From positions 1-57,578 of the forward strand of contig JAZOOB010000046.1 of assembly GCA_045654845.1 (NCBI GenBank): DNA of 57,578 bases. Direction: 5' to 3'. Positions 1-10,066 of this stretch are shown here, piece by piece. The translations under genes and the position numbers were made by a program. Within the stretch, counting starts at the first letter, position 1, and every line of letters starts with the position of its first letter. Under the pieces are notes generated by a model. That model did not search any database. It worked only from the letters and a program-made list of their open reading frames with translations, and had not been told where the DNA came from. This DNA comes from Eubacteriales bacterium (GTDB lineage Bacteria > Bacillota > Clostridia > Oscillospirales > CAG-272).

Positions 1-959
1 ATAAGCACGTCTATATCCTTATGCTCAAACACGGCACAAAGTCTATCGAGCTGAACGAGCTTTTTACAAACGTAATTCTCCTGTTCGAAATACCTCTTTG
101 TAAAAATATATTCCCTGTCCTCGTGCATATATTCCACGACAGAGCCGCAGTCAAGCGCAGAGGCAAGTGCGTCTCTTACCTTGTATTCCTCTATTTCAAG
201 CGTCGCCATTGTGGCGCCGACAAGCTTGTCCTTCGGAATGCAGACGTGCCCATTCATCTGTGCGCTCTGCTCCAAAACGTAGACAAGACCGCATTTTATT
301 CTGCTGTCAAAATCCTTCTCCACACCGAGCGACATAGCAAGTGTATCCGCCGCCTCGAAGCCTATACCGAGCCCGTCGTCACATAGTCTGTACGGGTCTG
401 CCTTTACGACGCTGACAGCGCCGCGACCAAATTTCTCATATACCCTACCGATAGCGCCTGCGTTTAAGTGTCCACCGCAGAGCATCATTATGTTTCTCAC
501 CTCGGATTGCTCGGCAAACGAGGTGGCTATATCTACTGCCTTTTTTCTCGATATTCCGGGAATTTCCGCGAGCCATTCGGGGTGGTTTTCTATAACGTCG
601 AAGGTATCCTCACCGTAGGTGTCTACTATTCTTCTCGCAGTAACAGGGCCTACGCCCTTTATGTTTCCGGCCGAGAGATAGGTGAGAATGGAATTGACGT
701 CAGAGGGCAAAAGCTTTTCAAAGCTATCTACCTCAAACTGTTTTCCGTATTCATTATGCGTACCCCATCTTCCGTAGAGCTTGACCTGCTCGCCTACACA
801 GACGTAGGGCATATCTCCGACGGCGGTAGAGTAATCCTTTTCACCCTTCGAAACGAGAATTACCGTATAGTCAGAGGTGGGACTGTGATATACAATCTCC
901 TCCACAGTCCCCTCTAATATTTCTTCGGTTTTAGTTTCGTTTATATTTTCCCTTTTCAC
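1..959 (-). CDS. recD2: RecD2-type SF1B DNA helicase, N-terminal part (3' end lies outside the window)
   Basis: The gene runs off the left edge, so it is absent from the ORF track. My manual reverse-complement translation from GTG at 957-959 gives VKRENINETKTEEILEGTVEEIVYHSPTSDYTVILVSKGEKDYSTAVGDMPYVCVGEQVKLYGRWGTHNEYGKQFEV...NIKGVGPVTARRIVDTYGEDTFDVIENHPEWLAEIPGISRKKA... This is the N-terminal OB-like plus helix-hairpin-helix architecture typical of RecD2. The GTG overlaps the TGA of the upstream ORF (GTGA), which suggests translational coupling. Confidence 0.7.
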   Translation of the reverse strand, partial: MKRENINETKTEEILEGTVEEIVYHSPTSDYTVILVSKGEKDYSTAVGDMPYVCVGEQVKLYGRWGTHNEYGKQFEVDSFEKLLPSDVNSILTYLSAGNIKGVGPVTARRIVDTYGEDTFDVIENHPEWLAEIPGISRKKAVDIATSFAEQSEVRNIMMLCGGHLNAGAIGRVYEKFGRGAVSVVKADPYRLCDDGLGIGFEAADTLAMSLGVEKDFDSRIKCGLVYVLEQSAQMNGHVCIPKDKLVGATMATLEIEEYKVRDALASALDCGSVVEYMHEDREYIFTKRYFEQENYVCKKLVQLDRLCAVFEHKDIDVL

Positions 960-1288
960 TTTTTCCTCAAATCAATATTTTTAAAAACGGTATGATTATA
1001 ATATATTTCTGCGCCCAATCGCTCGTATTCCTCGATTATACTGTCGGGAATTATTTTTTCCGAAAGAAGCACGGGCTCACTTTCAAATATACTCTTTCTC
1101 TCTATAAGCGTCTCGGCACCCTTTAATGCACAAAAGGTCTCGTAGACGCTATCGCCTTCCTCTATATGTACTCCGACCGACATTCTTTTTCGGTCAATAA
1201 AGAAGGAAACGAGCGAGCGCAGAATACAGTAAAGTCCCCACACCGCCAAAACACAAACTAAAATCTCTGCCAATTCCGCTACGGTCAT
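956..1288 (-). CDS. hypothetical small membrane protein (one N-terminal TM helix)
   Basis: ORF 956..1303. I prefer the ATG at 1288 (MTVAELAEILVCVLAVWGLYCIL...) because GGAGGTG lies 4-6 nt upstream. No family recognised. Confidence 0.5.
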   Translation of the reverse strand: MTVAELAEILVCVLAVWGLYCILRSLVSFFIDRKRMSVGVHIEEGDSVYETFCALKGAETLIERKSIFESEPVLLSEKIIPDSIIEEYERLGAEIYYNHTVFKNIDLRKK

Positions 1289-1355
1289 AATACACCTCCG
1301 CAAAAGAAGATTTCTCTTATTATGATATGCAAAATAAGCAGTATTGGTTACAAAA

Positions 1356-2534
1356 TTACTTAAGGAGCGAAAGCTTGTCCTTCAGGTCGGTCTTTTCCCA
1401 AGGTGCGTCGAGGTCTTCTCTTCCCATATGTCCGTATGCCGCAAAATTCTTGTATATAGGACGGCGAAGGTCGAACTTCTTTATTATTGCTGCGGGACGA
1501 AGGTCAACGAGCTCGGATATAGCAGAAGAAATCTTTTCCTCTGAAACCTTTGCAGTACCAAACGAGTCTATCATAACAGAGACAGGCTTCGCCACACCGA
1601 TAGCGTAGGCTATCTGTACCTCGCACTTATCCGCAAGACCTGCTGCAACTATATTCTTCGCGATATAACGTGCAGCATAGGAAGCAGAACGGTCTACCTT
1701 CGTCGGATCCTTGCCCGAGAAAGCGCCGCCTCCGTGTCTCGAATATCCACCGTAGGTATCTACGATTATCTTTCTTCCCGTAAGGCCTGTATCACCCTGA
1801 GGTCCGCCTACTACGAAACGACCTGTGGGGTTTACGAATATCTTTACGTTTTCGTCATAAAGCTTTTCGGGTATTATAGGCAAAATAACCTCGCGTATTA
1901 CGTCCTCTCTTATCTTTTCGACAGTCACGTCGGGGTCGTGCTGAGAAGAAACGACGATGGTATCAACTCTTGTCGGTACTCCGTCTACGTATTCAATAGT
2001 AACCTGCGTCTTTCCGTCGGGGCGAAGGTAAGGAAGCGTTCCGTTCTTACGCACCTCGGTCAAGCGCATAGCGAGCTTGTGAGAAAGCGAGATGGGAAGG
2101 GGCATAAGCTCGGGTGTTTCGTTACAAGCATAGCCGAACATAAGACCCTGGTCGCCTGCGCCCGTATCGAGCTCGTCTTTCATGTCGCCCGTCTTGGCCT
2201 CAGCGCACTTATCTACGCCGAGAGCTATGTCGGGGGACTGCTCGTGAATAGAGGTGAGCACCGCGCAGGTGTCACAGTCAAAGCCAAATTTCGCTCTGTC
2301 GTAGCCTATCTCTCTTACGGTCTCTCTTACTATGCTCTGTATATCAACGTATGCCGTAGTGGTGATTTCACCCATTACCGTAACTACGCCTGTCGTCGCA
2401 AAGGTCTCGCAAGCAACTCGTGCCTGAGGGTCCTCGGCAAGCAAAGCGTCGAGTATGGCATCAGAAATTTTGTCACACATTTTATCGGGATGTCCTTCAG
2501 TCACGGACTCCGAGGTAAACAGTTTTTTAATCAT
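1356..2534 (-). CDS. metK: S-adenosylmethionine synthetase
   Basis: 392 aa carrying the MetK signatures [29 protein letters not shown] and [16 protein letters not shown]. Confidence 0.97.
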   Translation of the reverse strand: MIKKLFTSESVTEGHPDKMCDKISDAILDALLAEDPQARVACETFATTGVVTVMGEITTTAYVDIQSIVRETVREIGYDRAKFGFDCDTCAVLTSIHEQSPDIALGVDKCAEAKTGDMKDELDTGAGDQGLMFGYACNETPELMPLPISLSHKLAMRLTEVRKNGTLPYLRPDGKTQVTIEYVDGVPTRVDTIVVSSQHDPDVTVEKIREDVIREVILPIIPEKLYDENVKIFVNPTGRFVVGGPQGDTGLTGRKIIVDTYGGYSRHGGGAFSGKDPTKVDRSASYAARYIAKNIVAAGLADKCEVQIAYAIGVAKPVSVMIDSFGTAKVSEEKISSAISELVDLRPAAIIKKFDLRRPIYKNFAAYGHMGREDLDAPWEKTDLKDKLSLLK

Positions 2535-2561
2535 ATTTATATCTCCTTTGTTTTATGCGTT

Positions 2562-2685
2562 AAAAAAGCTCGGGGATCGAGCCCCCGAGCAATAAGACTC
2601 TCATCTGTCAGGATTTAGCACCTTGAAAAAACAGGTTGCCGGGCTTCACAGGGCCAGTCCCTCCGCCTCTCTTGATAAGAAAATA
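2562..2685 (-). promoter_or_regulatory. SAM-I (S-box) riboswitch with intrinsic terminator in the metK leader
   Basis: The minus strand reads CTTATCAAGAGAGGCGGAGGGACTGGCCCTGTGAAGCCCGGCAACC...GGTGCTAAATCCTGACAGATGAGAG, matching the SAM-I core. It is followed by the hairpin GCTCGGGGGCTCGATCCCCGAGC plus TTTTTT (2562-2590), directly upstream of metK. Confidence 0.88.
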
Positions 2686-2812
2686 TTCACTTGTTTTCGC
2701 TATCTTTACAAAAGCGAAATGCTACTATCTATATGTATATCATATTTTTTTGATTTTTTCAAGTGCTTTTTAGAATTTTTTCGACATTTGAAAAATTCTC
2801 GAAAGATTTTGT

Positions 2813-3460
2813 TTATGCGTTTTTTAAATCCTCGATAGCCTTTTTTCTGTCGGGCGCACCGAACACCGCAGAGCCTGCGACGACGATATCAGCACCCGCC
2901 TTTACCACCTCGTGAATATTCTTCGCGTTTACGCCTCCGTCGACCTCCAAAAGAACGTCAAGGCCTCTTTTCTTCGCCTCGTCCTTTACTTCCTTTATTT
3001 TCGGCAGAGTTTCATATATAAGCGTCTGTCCGCCAAATCCGGGTTCGACGCTCATAACGAGCACCATATCGCACTTGTCGAGGTAGGGAAAAATCTCTTT
3101 CGCCTCGGTCTTCGGCTTTATGGAAAGTCCTGTGCGACAGCCCATTTCGTGTATTTTATCAAGGGTCGCAGAAACGTCCTTGCACGCTTCGTAATGTACG
3201 GTTATAAAATCCGCGCCCGCCTTCGCAAAATCGTCTATATATCTTATAGGCTCTTCTATCATAAGGTGTACGTCGAATTTAATATCTGTTGCAGGGCGAA
3301 GCGAGGAAATTACGGGCGCACCAAAGCTGAGGTTTGGCACGAACATTCCGTCCATAACGTCCAAATGGATATAATCCGCTCCTGCCTTTTCTACTTCTCT
3401 TACCTCCTCGCCGAAGCGGGAAAAATCACAGGCGAGTGCCGAGGGTGCTATCTGTACCAT
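2813..3460 (-). CDS. rpe: ribulose-phosphate 3-epimerase
   Basis: 215 aa with HLDVMDGMFVPNLSFG and a C-terminal VDGGV motif typical of RPE. Confidence 0.95.
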   Translation of the reverse strand: MVQIAPSALACDFSRFGEEVREVEKAGADYIHLDVMDGMFVPNLSFGAPVISSLRPATDIKFDVHLMIEEPIRYIDDFAKAGADFITVHYEACKDVSATLDKIHEMGCRTGLSIKPKTEAKEIFPYLDKCDMVLVMSVEPGFGGQTLIYETLPKIKEVKDEAKKRGLDVLLEVDGGVNAKNIHEVVKAGADIVVAGSAVFGAPDRKKAIEDLKNA

Positions 3461-3620
3461 TTTTTGTTCTCCTTAAATATTTATAATCCTTTTTATTTCG
3501 ATTTCTGTGTCACGTCAAAAACTTTGCCATATCATAATAGTGCGGAAGAAAAATCCGACGCTCGTTTCTTATGGGAAGATCAAGAAAGTGACGTAAGAAA
3601 AAGCATATGAGAGCGAGCTC

Positions 3621-3658
3621 TGAAAGCCAAACCGTCCGTGGCGTGAGCTTCGGACGGG
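3621..3658 (-). terminator. intrinsic terminator downstream of ispF
   Basis: Minus-strand hairpin CCGTCCG-(12 nt)-CGGACGG followed by TTTGGCTTT. Confidence 0.55.
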
Positions 3659-3668
3659 GTCGGCGCAT

Positions 3669-4151
3669 TTAGCTCTCAAACGAGATAAGGCAGACCGCAT
3701 GAGCCGAAATTCCTTCTTCCGCTCCGCTAAAGCCGAGCCCCTCCTCTGTCGTCGCCTTTACATTTACACAATCCGCTTCGCAAGAAAAGACCCGCGCTAT
3801 ATTATCTCTCATCTGAGGTATATAAGGCATCAGCTTCGGTCTTTGTGCAATTACGGTGCAATCAATATTTTCAATCCTTGCTCCCTGCGATTTCATAAGA
3901 GCGCACACCCTATCGGCGAGGAGGAGGCTCGATACCCCTTTATAATTTTCGTCATTGTCGGGAAAGTGACGGCCTATGTCACCGAGGCCCAACGCGCCTA
4001 TCACTGCATCCATTACAGCGTGCAAAAGCACGTCGGCGTCGGAGTGTCCGAGAAGCCCGTATTCATGCGGAATTTTCACACCGCCGAGGATAAGCTCCCT
4101 TTCCTTTACAAGACGGTGTACGTCGTAGCCGTGTCCTATTCTCATTTTCAT
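3669..4151 (-). CDS. ispF: 2-C-methyl-D-erythritol 2,4-cyclodiphosphate synthase
   Basis: 160 aa with [12 protein letters not shown] and [11 protein letters not shown] motifs. Confidence 0.95.
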   Translation of the reverse strand: MKMRIGHGYDVHRLVKERELILGGVKIPHEYGLLGHSDADVLLHAVMDAVIGALGLGDIGRHFPDNDENYKGVSSLLLADRVCALMKSQGARIENIDCTVIAQRPKLMPYIPQMRDNIARVFSCEADCVNVKATTEEGLGFSGAEEGISAHAVCLISFES

Positions 4152-4156
4152 TTTAT

Positions 4157-4921
4157 TTATTCCTTCGTCTGTTCTTTTCTCTTTTTGAGCACGAGCTCAC
4201 AGTAGTCAAGGTCCTCTTTTGTGGTGAGCTTGATATTTTCATATCCCGTATCAATCATTTTCACCCTCTGACCTATATGCTCCATTATCATATTATCATC
4301 TGTAACCGAAATATTTTCTTCCTTCACCGACTTTGCCGCCGCTATATACATATGAAGAGAAAATACCTGAGGAGTCTGTGCGAGCCACAATTCCTCTCTT
4401 TTAGGTGTCTCTATAATAAATCCTCTCGAATTCACCCTTTTTACAGTGTCCTTGGCTCTGCAGCCTGCACTTGCGGCTCTGTAAGCGTACGCGGCAGAGA
4501 CTACGTCAGAAATAGCTTCTGGGGTAATAAGACATCTCGCTACGTCGTGGATAGCGACGTATTTACATTTCTTCGACACGCAGTCGACCCCCAAAAGCGC
4601 AGACTCGCTTCTCTCGCTACCGCCCGCGACTACCTTCGATACCTTTTTCGCGCCGTATTCGGAGACAAGCCTCTTTATTTCTTCGATTTCCTCTTTTCGA
4701 GAAACGATAACTATTTCGTCGATATATTTACACTTTTCAAAAGCTCTTAACGTGTGTATGATGACGGGCTCTTCGCAAATTAATTTCAACTGCTTCGTCT
4801 TTTCATCTCCATCATCCATGCGACTACCCTTGCCACCTGCTAAAAGCACAGCGCTCGTATATGGACGAATGCGTCCGCGAGAAAGACGGACAAGATTAGC
4901 TAAATAGTAGGTAAAACTCAT
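4157..4921 (-). CDS. ispD: 2-C-methyl-D-erythritol 4-phosphate cytidylyltransferase
   Basis: ORF 4157..4954. I prefer the ATG at 4921 (AGGAAGTG RBS, and no overlap with the upstream ORF). [10 protein letters not shown] is the nucleotide-binding motif. Confidence 0.9.
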   Translation of the reverse strand: MSFTYYLANLVRLSRGRIRPYTSAVLLAGGKGSRMDDGDEKTKQLKLICEEPVIIHTLRAFEKCKYIDEIVIVSRKEEIEEIKRLVSEYGAKKVSKVVAGGSERSESALLGVDCVSKKCKYVAIHDVARCLITPEAISDVVSAAYAYRAASAGCRAKDTVKRVNSRGFIIETPKREELWLAQTPQVFSLHMYIAAAKSVKEENISVTDDNMIMEHIGQRVKMIDTGYENIKLTTKEDLDYCELVLKKRKEQTKE

Positions 4922-4925
4922 ATCT

Positions 4926-5252
4926 TCACTTCCTGTGATAAACGTAATAGGCAATTATCTCATGCTCTTTTTCGTCTACGAGGTTGTACCCCGAAATGAC
5001 GACACCGTCGCCCGACATAAGAGTAGATATTTTAAGTTCATCTATATTGCCTCGGAAAATAATATCGGCAGAGGAGAAAACTATAAGCTCGTTATTGCGC
5101 ACGCTGAGGTTTCCCCCACGTCCCACCACGTCATCGTTTCCGTCTCTTCTTTCGGTGACGTAGCGTATAAGCTGACCGTGTAATTCCTGCGCCTTTTTTC
5201 TGCGCTCGGTCTTACTCTCTGCGTCCTTTTTCTTTGAAAACAAGCCGAACAT
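4926..5252 (-). CDS. hypothetical protein, 108 aa, basic N-terminus
   Basis: Complete ORF with AGGAGG upstream. Its stop lies 4 nt before the ispD start, so it is probably co-transcribed. No family recognised. Confidence 0.5.
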   Translation of the reverse strand: MFGLFSKKKDAESKTERRKKAQELHGQLIRYVTERRDGNDDVVGRGGNLSVRNNELIVFSSADIIFRGNIDELKISTLMSGDGVVISGYNLVDEKEHEIIAYYVYHRK

Positions 5253-5425
5253 ATATCCTCCTGCCGTTTTTTGACTTATATATTATATATTGTAGCACAT
5301 TTCTTCAAAAAAATAAAGTTCTTTTCCCATTTTTATGAATTTTGTGAGGTCTTTTTAGCTTTTTGTTGAATTCGACAAATTTTTTCGTCAAATTGCTAAT
5401 TTTAAAATTTTTTTGTATTTATGTA

Positions 5426-5455
5426 TTGACATATTAGAAGAAAATGGTGTATAAT
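5426..5455 (+). promoter_or_regulatory. sigma-A type promoter of the dcw cluster
   Basis: TTGACA at 5426-5431 and TATAAT at 5450-5455, with an 18-nt spacer. Confidence 0.5.
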
Positions 5456-5480
5456 AGCACTACAGTGGTGGCAAATGGGG

Positions 5481-5524
5481 GAAAATTCCGTAAAAAATCC
5501 GTGAAAATCCCTAAAAATCGCTGA
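5481..5524 (+). repeat. four phased AAAATYC direct repeats in the mraZ leader (candidate MraZ operator)
   Basis: AAAATTC at 5482, AAAATCC at 5494, AAAATCC at 5504 and AAAATCG at 5514, spaced 12, 10 and 10 nt apart. Confidence 0.4.
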
Positions 5525-5549
5525 ATTTATGAAAAAGGGGGAATATTTT

Positions 5550-5987
5550 ATGTCTTTTGTCGGCACTTATAAGCACTCGCTCGACTCAAAGAACAGATTT
5601 TTTATTCCCGCGAAGTATAGAGAATTACTTGGCGACACCTTTTACATCACGAGAAAGCTCACCACAAACTCACTCGTTATATATTCCGAAGAGGAATGGG
5701 ATAAGAAAACAGAGATAATCGACAACATAGCCGACTCTGTGGGCGAGGACATCAAGGAGCTCTTCTACTCCGAGGCGATAGACCCCACCCCCGACGCGCA
5801 GGGACGCGTCACTCTCACTCCCGCACTCGTTGAATATGCGAAAATAGACAAGAACATAGTTATTACCGGTTACGGTAGCTATATACAGATATGGTCCGAA
5901 GAGGCTTGGGATCAGAGACAGAAGGAAAGAGAGTCGGAGGAAAGAAAGCAGCACATTCAGGAAATAAACCTCCGCTTCAATCTCTGA
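5550..5987 (+). CDS. mraZ: transcriptional regulator MraZ
   Basis: Two DXXXR-type motifs (DSKNRFFIPAKYR and DAQGRVTLTPAL). I prefer the ATG at 5550, preceded by AAAGGGGGAA. Confidence 0.9.
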   Translation: MSFVGTYKHSLDSKNRFFIPAKYRELLGDTFYITRKLTTNSLVIYSEEEWDKKTEIIDNIADSVGEDIKELFYSEAIDPTPDAQGRVTLTPALVEYAKIDKNIVITGYGSYIQIWSEEAWDQRQKERESEERKQHIQEINLRFNL

Positions 5988-5988
5988 T

Positions 5989-6930
5989 ATGGAAATTTCC
6001 TTCAACCACAAATCAGTCCTTCTCGACGAATGTATTGAATCTCTCAATATAAGAGACGGACTCACTTACGTCGACTGCACTACAGGCGGTGGCGGACATT
6101 CACTTGAGATAGCGAAGCGTCTCGGTTCCAACGCTTCCCTTATCTGCTTTGACCGCGACAGCACCGCCATTAATGCAGCGAAGAAAAGACTTTCGGAATA
6201 CCTTCCGAAGATTACCTTTATAAATGAGAACTTCTCCGAGCTCGGAAACGTGTTGAACGACCTCAAAATCGACAACCTCGGCGGAGTGCTTGCAGACCTC
6301 GGCTGCTCTTCATATCAATTTGATACTCCCGAACGCGGTTTTTCGTATAATCACGATGCACCGCTTGACATGAGAATGGACACCACCTCGTCACTCGACG
6401 CCTACAAGGTGGTGAATTCCTATTCAAAAGAGGAGCTTCGCCGCATCATATTCGACTACGGTGAAGAGAGATTTGCAAACTCAATAGCAGACAAAATAGT
6501 GAGGGCAAGAGAAGAAAAGCCTATCGAGACTACCTGCGAGCTTTCCGAGATAATAAAATCGGCAATACCGAAGGCGGCGAGGGAAAACGGCCCTCACCCC
6601 GCAAAAAGAACCTTTCAGGCAATACGAATCGAGGTAAACGGCGAGCTTGACGCAATAGCGCCAACAATCGAGGCTGCCGAAAGATATATGGTAAAGGGCG
6701 GAAGAATTTCTATAATTTCCTTCCACTCATTAGAGGACAGAATAGTTAAGCAGACCTATGCGAAGCTTTCTTCGGGCTGTGAATGTCCAAAGGACTTCCC
6801 TATCTGCGTATGCGGCAAAAAGCCGAAAATAAAGATTTTGACGAAGAAGCCTATTCTTCCGTCGGAAAACGAGCTAAACGAAAATCCACGCTCGCGAAGC
6901 GCCAAGCTCCGCGTAGCTGAAAAGATCTAA
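5989..6930 (+). CDS. rsmH: 16S rRNA (cytosine1402-N4)-methyltransferase
   Basis: HKSVLLDE, DCTTGGGGHS and DLGCSSYQFD motifs. Confidence 0.95.
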   Translation: MEISFNHKSVLLDECIESLNIRDGLTYVDCTTGGGGHSLEIAKRLGSNASLICFDRDSTAINAAKKRLSEYLPKITFINENFSELGNVLNDLKIDNLGGVLADLGCSSYQFDTPERGFSYNHDAPLDMRMDTTSSLDAYKVVNSYSKEELRRIIFDYGEERFANSIADKIVRAREEKPIETTCELSEIIKSAIPKAARENGPHPAKRTFQAIRIEVNGELDAIAPTIEAAERYMVKGGRISIISFHSLEDRIVKQTYAKLSSGCECPKDFPICVCGKKPKIKILTKKPILPSENELNENPRSRSAKLRVAEKI

Positions 6931-6950
6931 AAAAACAAGGAGGTAAGGCA

Positions 6951-7613
6951 GTGACACGCACCATTTTATTCACTACGAGAAGCGCAGACGCGAATCCTAT
7001 GTATGCACGTCTTCGCGACAAATTCTCATACCAGGGCGCGACTATCGGCGATTATATGCGTGAAAAGGCAAAAAGCGAAGGCTTTTTTGACACGAAGCAC
7101 AAGGGTTATGCAAGCGTGCGTCGCGATACTACTGCCGAAAGCCGTATAACCAAGGCTAATTCCCTCCCGAGAGAAAACGGAAAAGCACCCGTCTCGGATT
7201 ATACCGCCGTTCTTCCTAAGGTAAACGCACCTATAAGCGAAAGAGCGCGTGCGCGTATGCCTATCGGCTCTATTATGATAATGTTCCTTTGCGCTACGAT
7301 ACTGATGCTTCTTATCTACATCGGTATGAACGTAAACAATATGACTCATGAAATTGCTCTTATGAAGGCGCAGTCCGAGGAGCTTAGCAGCACCGAAAGG
7401 GCGCTTTCTTCAAGACTCGATAGCAAAAACGACCTCGAGCTTATCGAAAAGATGGCTACCGAGAATCTTGGAATGGTAAGACGCAACTCTGTTGAGCACA
7501 ACTACATTTCCTTTGGCGGCGACGATTCTGCCTACGTATACGACGCCGAAAAAGAGAACAATCCTCTGATCTCAGGATTGTTGAGCGCTTTTACCGCAGG
7601 CTTCAACAAATAA
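6951..7613 (+). CDS. ftsL: FtsL-like cell division protein (single TM plus coiled coil)
   Basis: GTG start 7 nt after AAGGAGG. It has a TM helix (IMIMFLCATILMLLIYIGMNV), then a coiled coil and LIEKMATENLGMV. Its position between rsmH and the PBP gene fits FtsL. Confidence 0.55.
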   Translation: MTRTILFTTRSADANPMYARLRDKFSYQGATIGDYMREKAKSEGFFDTKHKGYASVRRDTTAESRITKANSLPRENGKAPVSDYTAVLPKVNAPISERARARMPIGSIMIMFLCATILMLLIYIGMNVNNMTHEIALMKAQSEELSSTERALSSRLDSKNDLELIEKMATENLGMVRRNSVEHNYISFGGDDSAYVYDAEKENNPLISGLLSAFTAGFNK

Positions 7614-7701
7614 GAATAAAACCCATTTAATTTAAATAAGATATAGCGATAGATTGCGGTAAACAACTATCGCTATACTCTTTATTGGGAGGAAAAAACC
7701 T

Positions 7702-9990
7702 TTGAAAATATCCAAAAAACCGTCAAGAAAGGACAATATAGGACTTACTGCAAAGCGCGCCACGGGCATTCTATGCTTCTTTGGCGCGGTTATGCTTTTT
7801 CTTATAGGAAAAATATTCTATATGCAGTATTTTGAGTACGATAAATATCAGCAGAAGGTACTCGACCAGATAACCTACACTTCTACCCTCACCGCCATGA
7901 GAGGTAATATTTACGACTCTAATATGAACCCCTTGGCGACCAACAAGACGGTATGGAGAATATTCATTTCACCAAAGGATATAGACGAATATTCAAGAAA
8001 ATACGGAAAGGATTACGCAGACCTGATTTCAACGGGACTTTCCGAGATACTTGAAGTCCCCTACGACACGATATACGAAAAAACACAGAAGAAAAACCGC
8101 CTTGACGAGACCATAAAGAAGGAAGTAGGCGAAGAGGCTACCGACAAGGTGCTCGCCTTTATTACCGAAAACGGTCTTTCAAGAATGATATACACCGAGG
8201 CAAGCTCTACAAGATACTACCCCTTTGGAAATCTTGCTTCACACGTCATAGGCTTTACGGGAAGCGATAATCAAGGTCTTTTCGGTCTTGAACAGTACTA
8301 TGACGACGACCTGACAGGTACAAACGGAAAATATATTACCGCAATAGACGCTCACAGTAACGAAATACCCTACGATTATTCGAGTTATATTCCCGCAGAG
8401 GACGGACTTTCACTCGTCACCACTATCGACTCATTTATTCAAAGAGAGCTCGAAAACGAGCTTGCAGAAATAATTTCTGAATTCAACGTACAAAACAGAG
8501 CGACGGGAATTGTCATGGACGTAAACACGGGCGCTATATACGCTATGGCGACGGCTCCCGACTTTAATCTGAATACCCCTTATACTCTTGACGAGATTTC
8601 TCATAGCATACTTTTGAATTCGGGATATACAGAGGGAAGCGACGAATATAAGTCTCTAAACACTTCTCTTCTCTACGATATGTGGAGAAACAAGGCGGTA
8701 AGCGAGCTTTACGAGCCCGGTTCTACCTACAAGATAGTAACCGCGTCTATGGGAATAGAGCTCGGCTCTACGACCTATAGCGACCATACGTTCTCCTGCC
8801 CCGGATATCATATAGTGGGCGGTGCGAGAATAGGCTGCTGGCGTCCTCAGGGACACGGCTCGGGCATCACCTTTGCCTACGGCTTACAGCAATCCTGCAA
8901 CCCCACTCTTATGCAGCTCGCAGCAAGAATAGGAAGCGAAAACTTCTACGAATATTTCAAGGCCTTCGGCTACCTCAATAAGACCGGCATCGACCTTCCG
9001 AGTGAAAGCCAGACCATATTCCATACCGAAAAGGGACTTGGCATGGTTGAGCTTGCCACAGCTTCCTTCGGTCAGCGCTTTAAGGTAACTCCTATACAGC
9101 AGCTCACCGCAATAGCAGCGGTAGCAAACGGTGGATATCTCGTAACTCCTCACTTAATAGATTCTCTTGTAGACAGTGAAGGAAATACGGTATATCAGTA
9201 TAAGACAGAGACTAAAAGACAGGTAATTTCCTCTGAAACTGCGAAAATAGTCAGTGAAATACTCGAAGAGGGTGTTTCGGGCACCGGCGCATCGAAAAAC
9301 GCATACGTCGCAGGATACAGAATAGCGGCTAAAACAGGTACGAGTGAAAAGCTCGACAAGCCCGACAAAAACGGAAATTTCACTTTGAGAATAGGCTCGT
9401 GTGTGGCCTACGCTCCTTACGTAAACACCTCTATCGCCGTAATAATTATGGTAGATGAGCCGATAGTGAACTACTACGGTGCAACAGTTGCCGCCCCCTA
9501 CATATCCGACCTCTTAACAAAGGTGCTTCCCTATCTCGGCTACGAGCCGAATTACACCGACGAGCAGCTCAATTCCCTCTCGGTGCGTATAGGAAACTAC
9601 GTCGGAAAGACTGTAAAGGAAGCGAAGAAAATGCTTTCTTCAATCGGCATTTCTGCCGATGCGCTTGGCGCAGACGAAAATGCGGTGATAACCGCGCAGA
9701 GTCCGAAGCCTTCAAGCTCACTTACAAAAAATATGGGCTCGGTTATTCTCTACACCGATTATAGTAATACTGAAAAGACCACAGTGCCCGACGTGCTCGG
9801 AAAGAGCGTGACCGAGGCAAACCAGATTCTTATTTCAAGAGGACTTAACATTAAAATAGAGGGCGCGAAAAACTACGCTATCAGTGATACGGTATACGCG
9901 AAGGCGACCTATCAGTCGGTAGCGGCGGGAAGCTCGGTAGATAAAGGAAGCGTAATTACTGTCAGATTCCTTTACGACGACCAAGACTAA
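7702..9990 (+). CDS. class B penicillin-binding protein (FtsI/SpoVD/PBP2B family) with two C-terminal PASTA domains
   Basis: TTG start after GGGAGG. N-terminal TM helix, then the transpeptidase motifs STYK (SxxK), SCN (SxN) and KTGT. Two PASTA-like repeats at the C-terminus. Confidence 0.9.
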   Translation: MKISKKPSRKDNIGLTAKRATGILCFFGAVMLFLIGKIFYMQYFEYDKYQQKVLDQITYTSTLTAMRGNIYDSNMNPLATNKTVWRIFISPKDIDEYSRKYGKDYADLISTGLSEILEVPYDTIYEKTQKKNRLDETIKKEVGEEATDKVLAFITENGLSRMIYTEASSTRYYPFGNLASHVIGFTGSDNQGLFGLEQYYDDDLTGTNGKYITAIDAHSNEIPYDYSSYIPAEDGLSLVTTIDSFIQRELENELAEIISEFNVQNRATGIVMDVNTGAIYAMATAPDFNLNTPYTLDEISHSILLNSGYTEGSDEYKSLNTSLLYDMWRNKAVSELYEPGSTYKIVTASMGIELGSTTYSDHTFSCPGYHIVGGARIGCWRPQGHGSGITFAYGLQQSCNPTLMQLAARIGSENFYEYFKAFGYLNKTGIDLPSESQTIFHTEKGLGMVELATASFGQRFKVTPIQQLTAIAAVANGGYLVTPHLIDSLVDSEGNTVYQYKTETKRQVISSETAKIVSEILEEGVSGTGASKNAYVAGYRIAAKTGTSEKLDKPDKNGNFTLRIGSCVAYAPYVNTSIAVIIMVDEPIVNYYGATVAAPYISDLLTKVLPYLGYEPNYTDEQLNSLSVRIGNYVGKTVKEAKKMLSSIGISADALGADENAVITAQSPKPSSSLTKNMGSVILYTDYSNTEKTTVPDVLGKSVTEANQILISRGLNIKIEGAKNYAISDTVYAKATYQSVAAGSSVDKGSVITVRFLYDDQD

Positions 9991-10066
9991 AAAAAGCAAA
10001 AGACACTCAAAAAAAGCGTATGCGAATAGGAAGTCTATCTTCATATTATTTTTTGTGAGGTGTCAG

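Noticed and set aside
21-917. Plus-strand ORFs 21..386 and 468..917 from the track.
   Set aside because: Their products are low-complexity with no recognisable motifs. The opposite strand translates continuously into a clear RecD2-type helicase N-terminus that runs off the window edge. These ORFs are antisense artefacts.
1734-2618. 294-aa plus-strand ORF.
   Set aside because: It lies entirely antisense to the unmistakable metK and extends into the SAM riboswitch. The product is rich in R, Y, V and S, typical of antisense frames.
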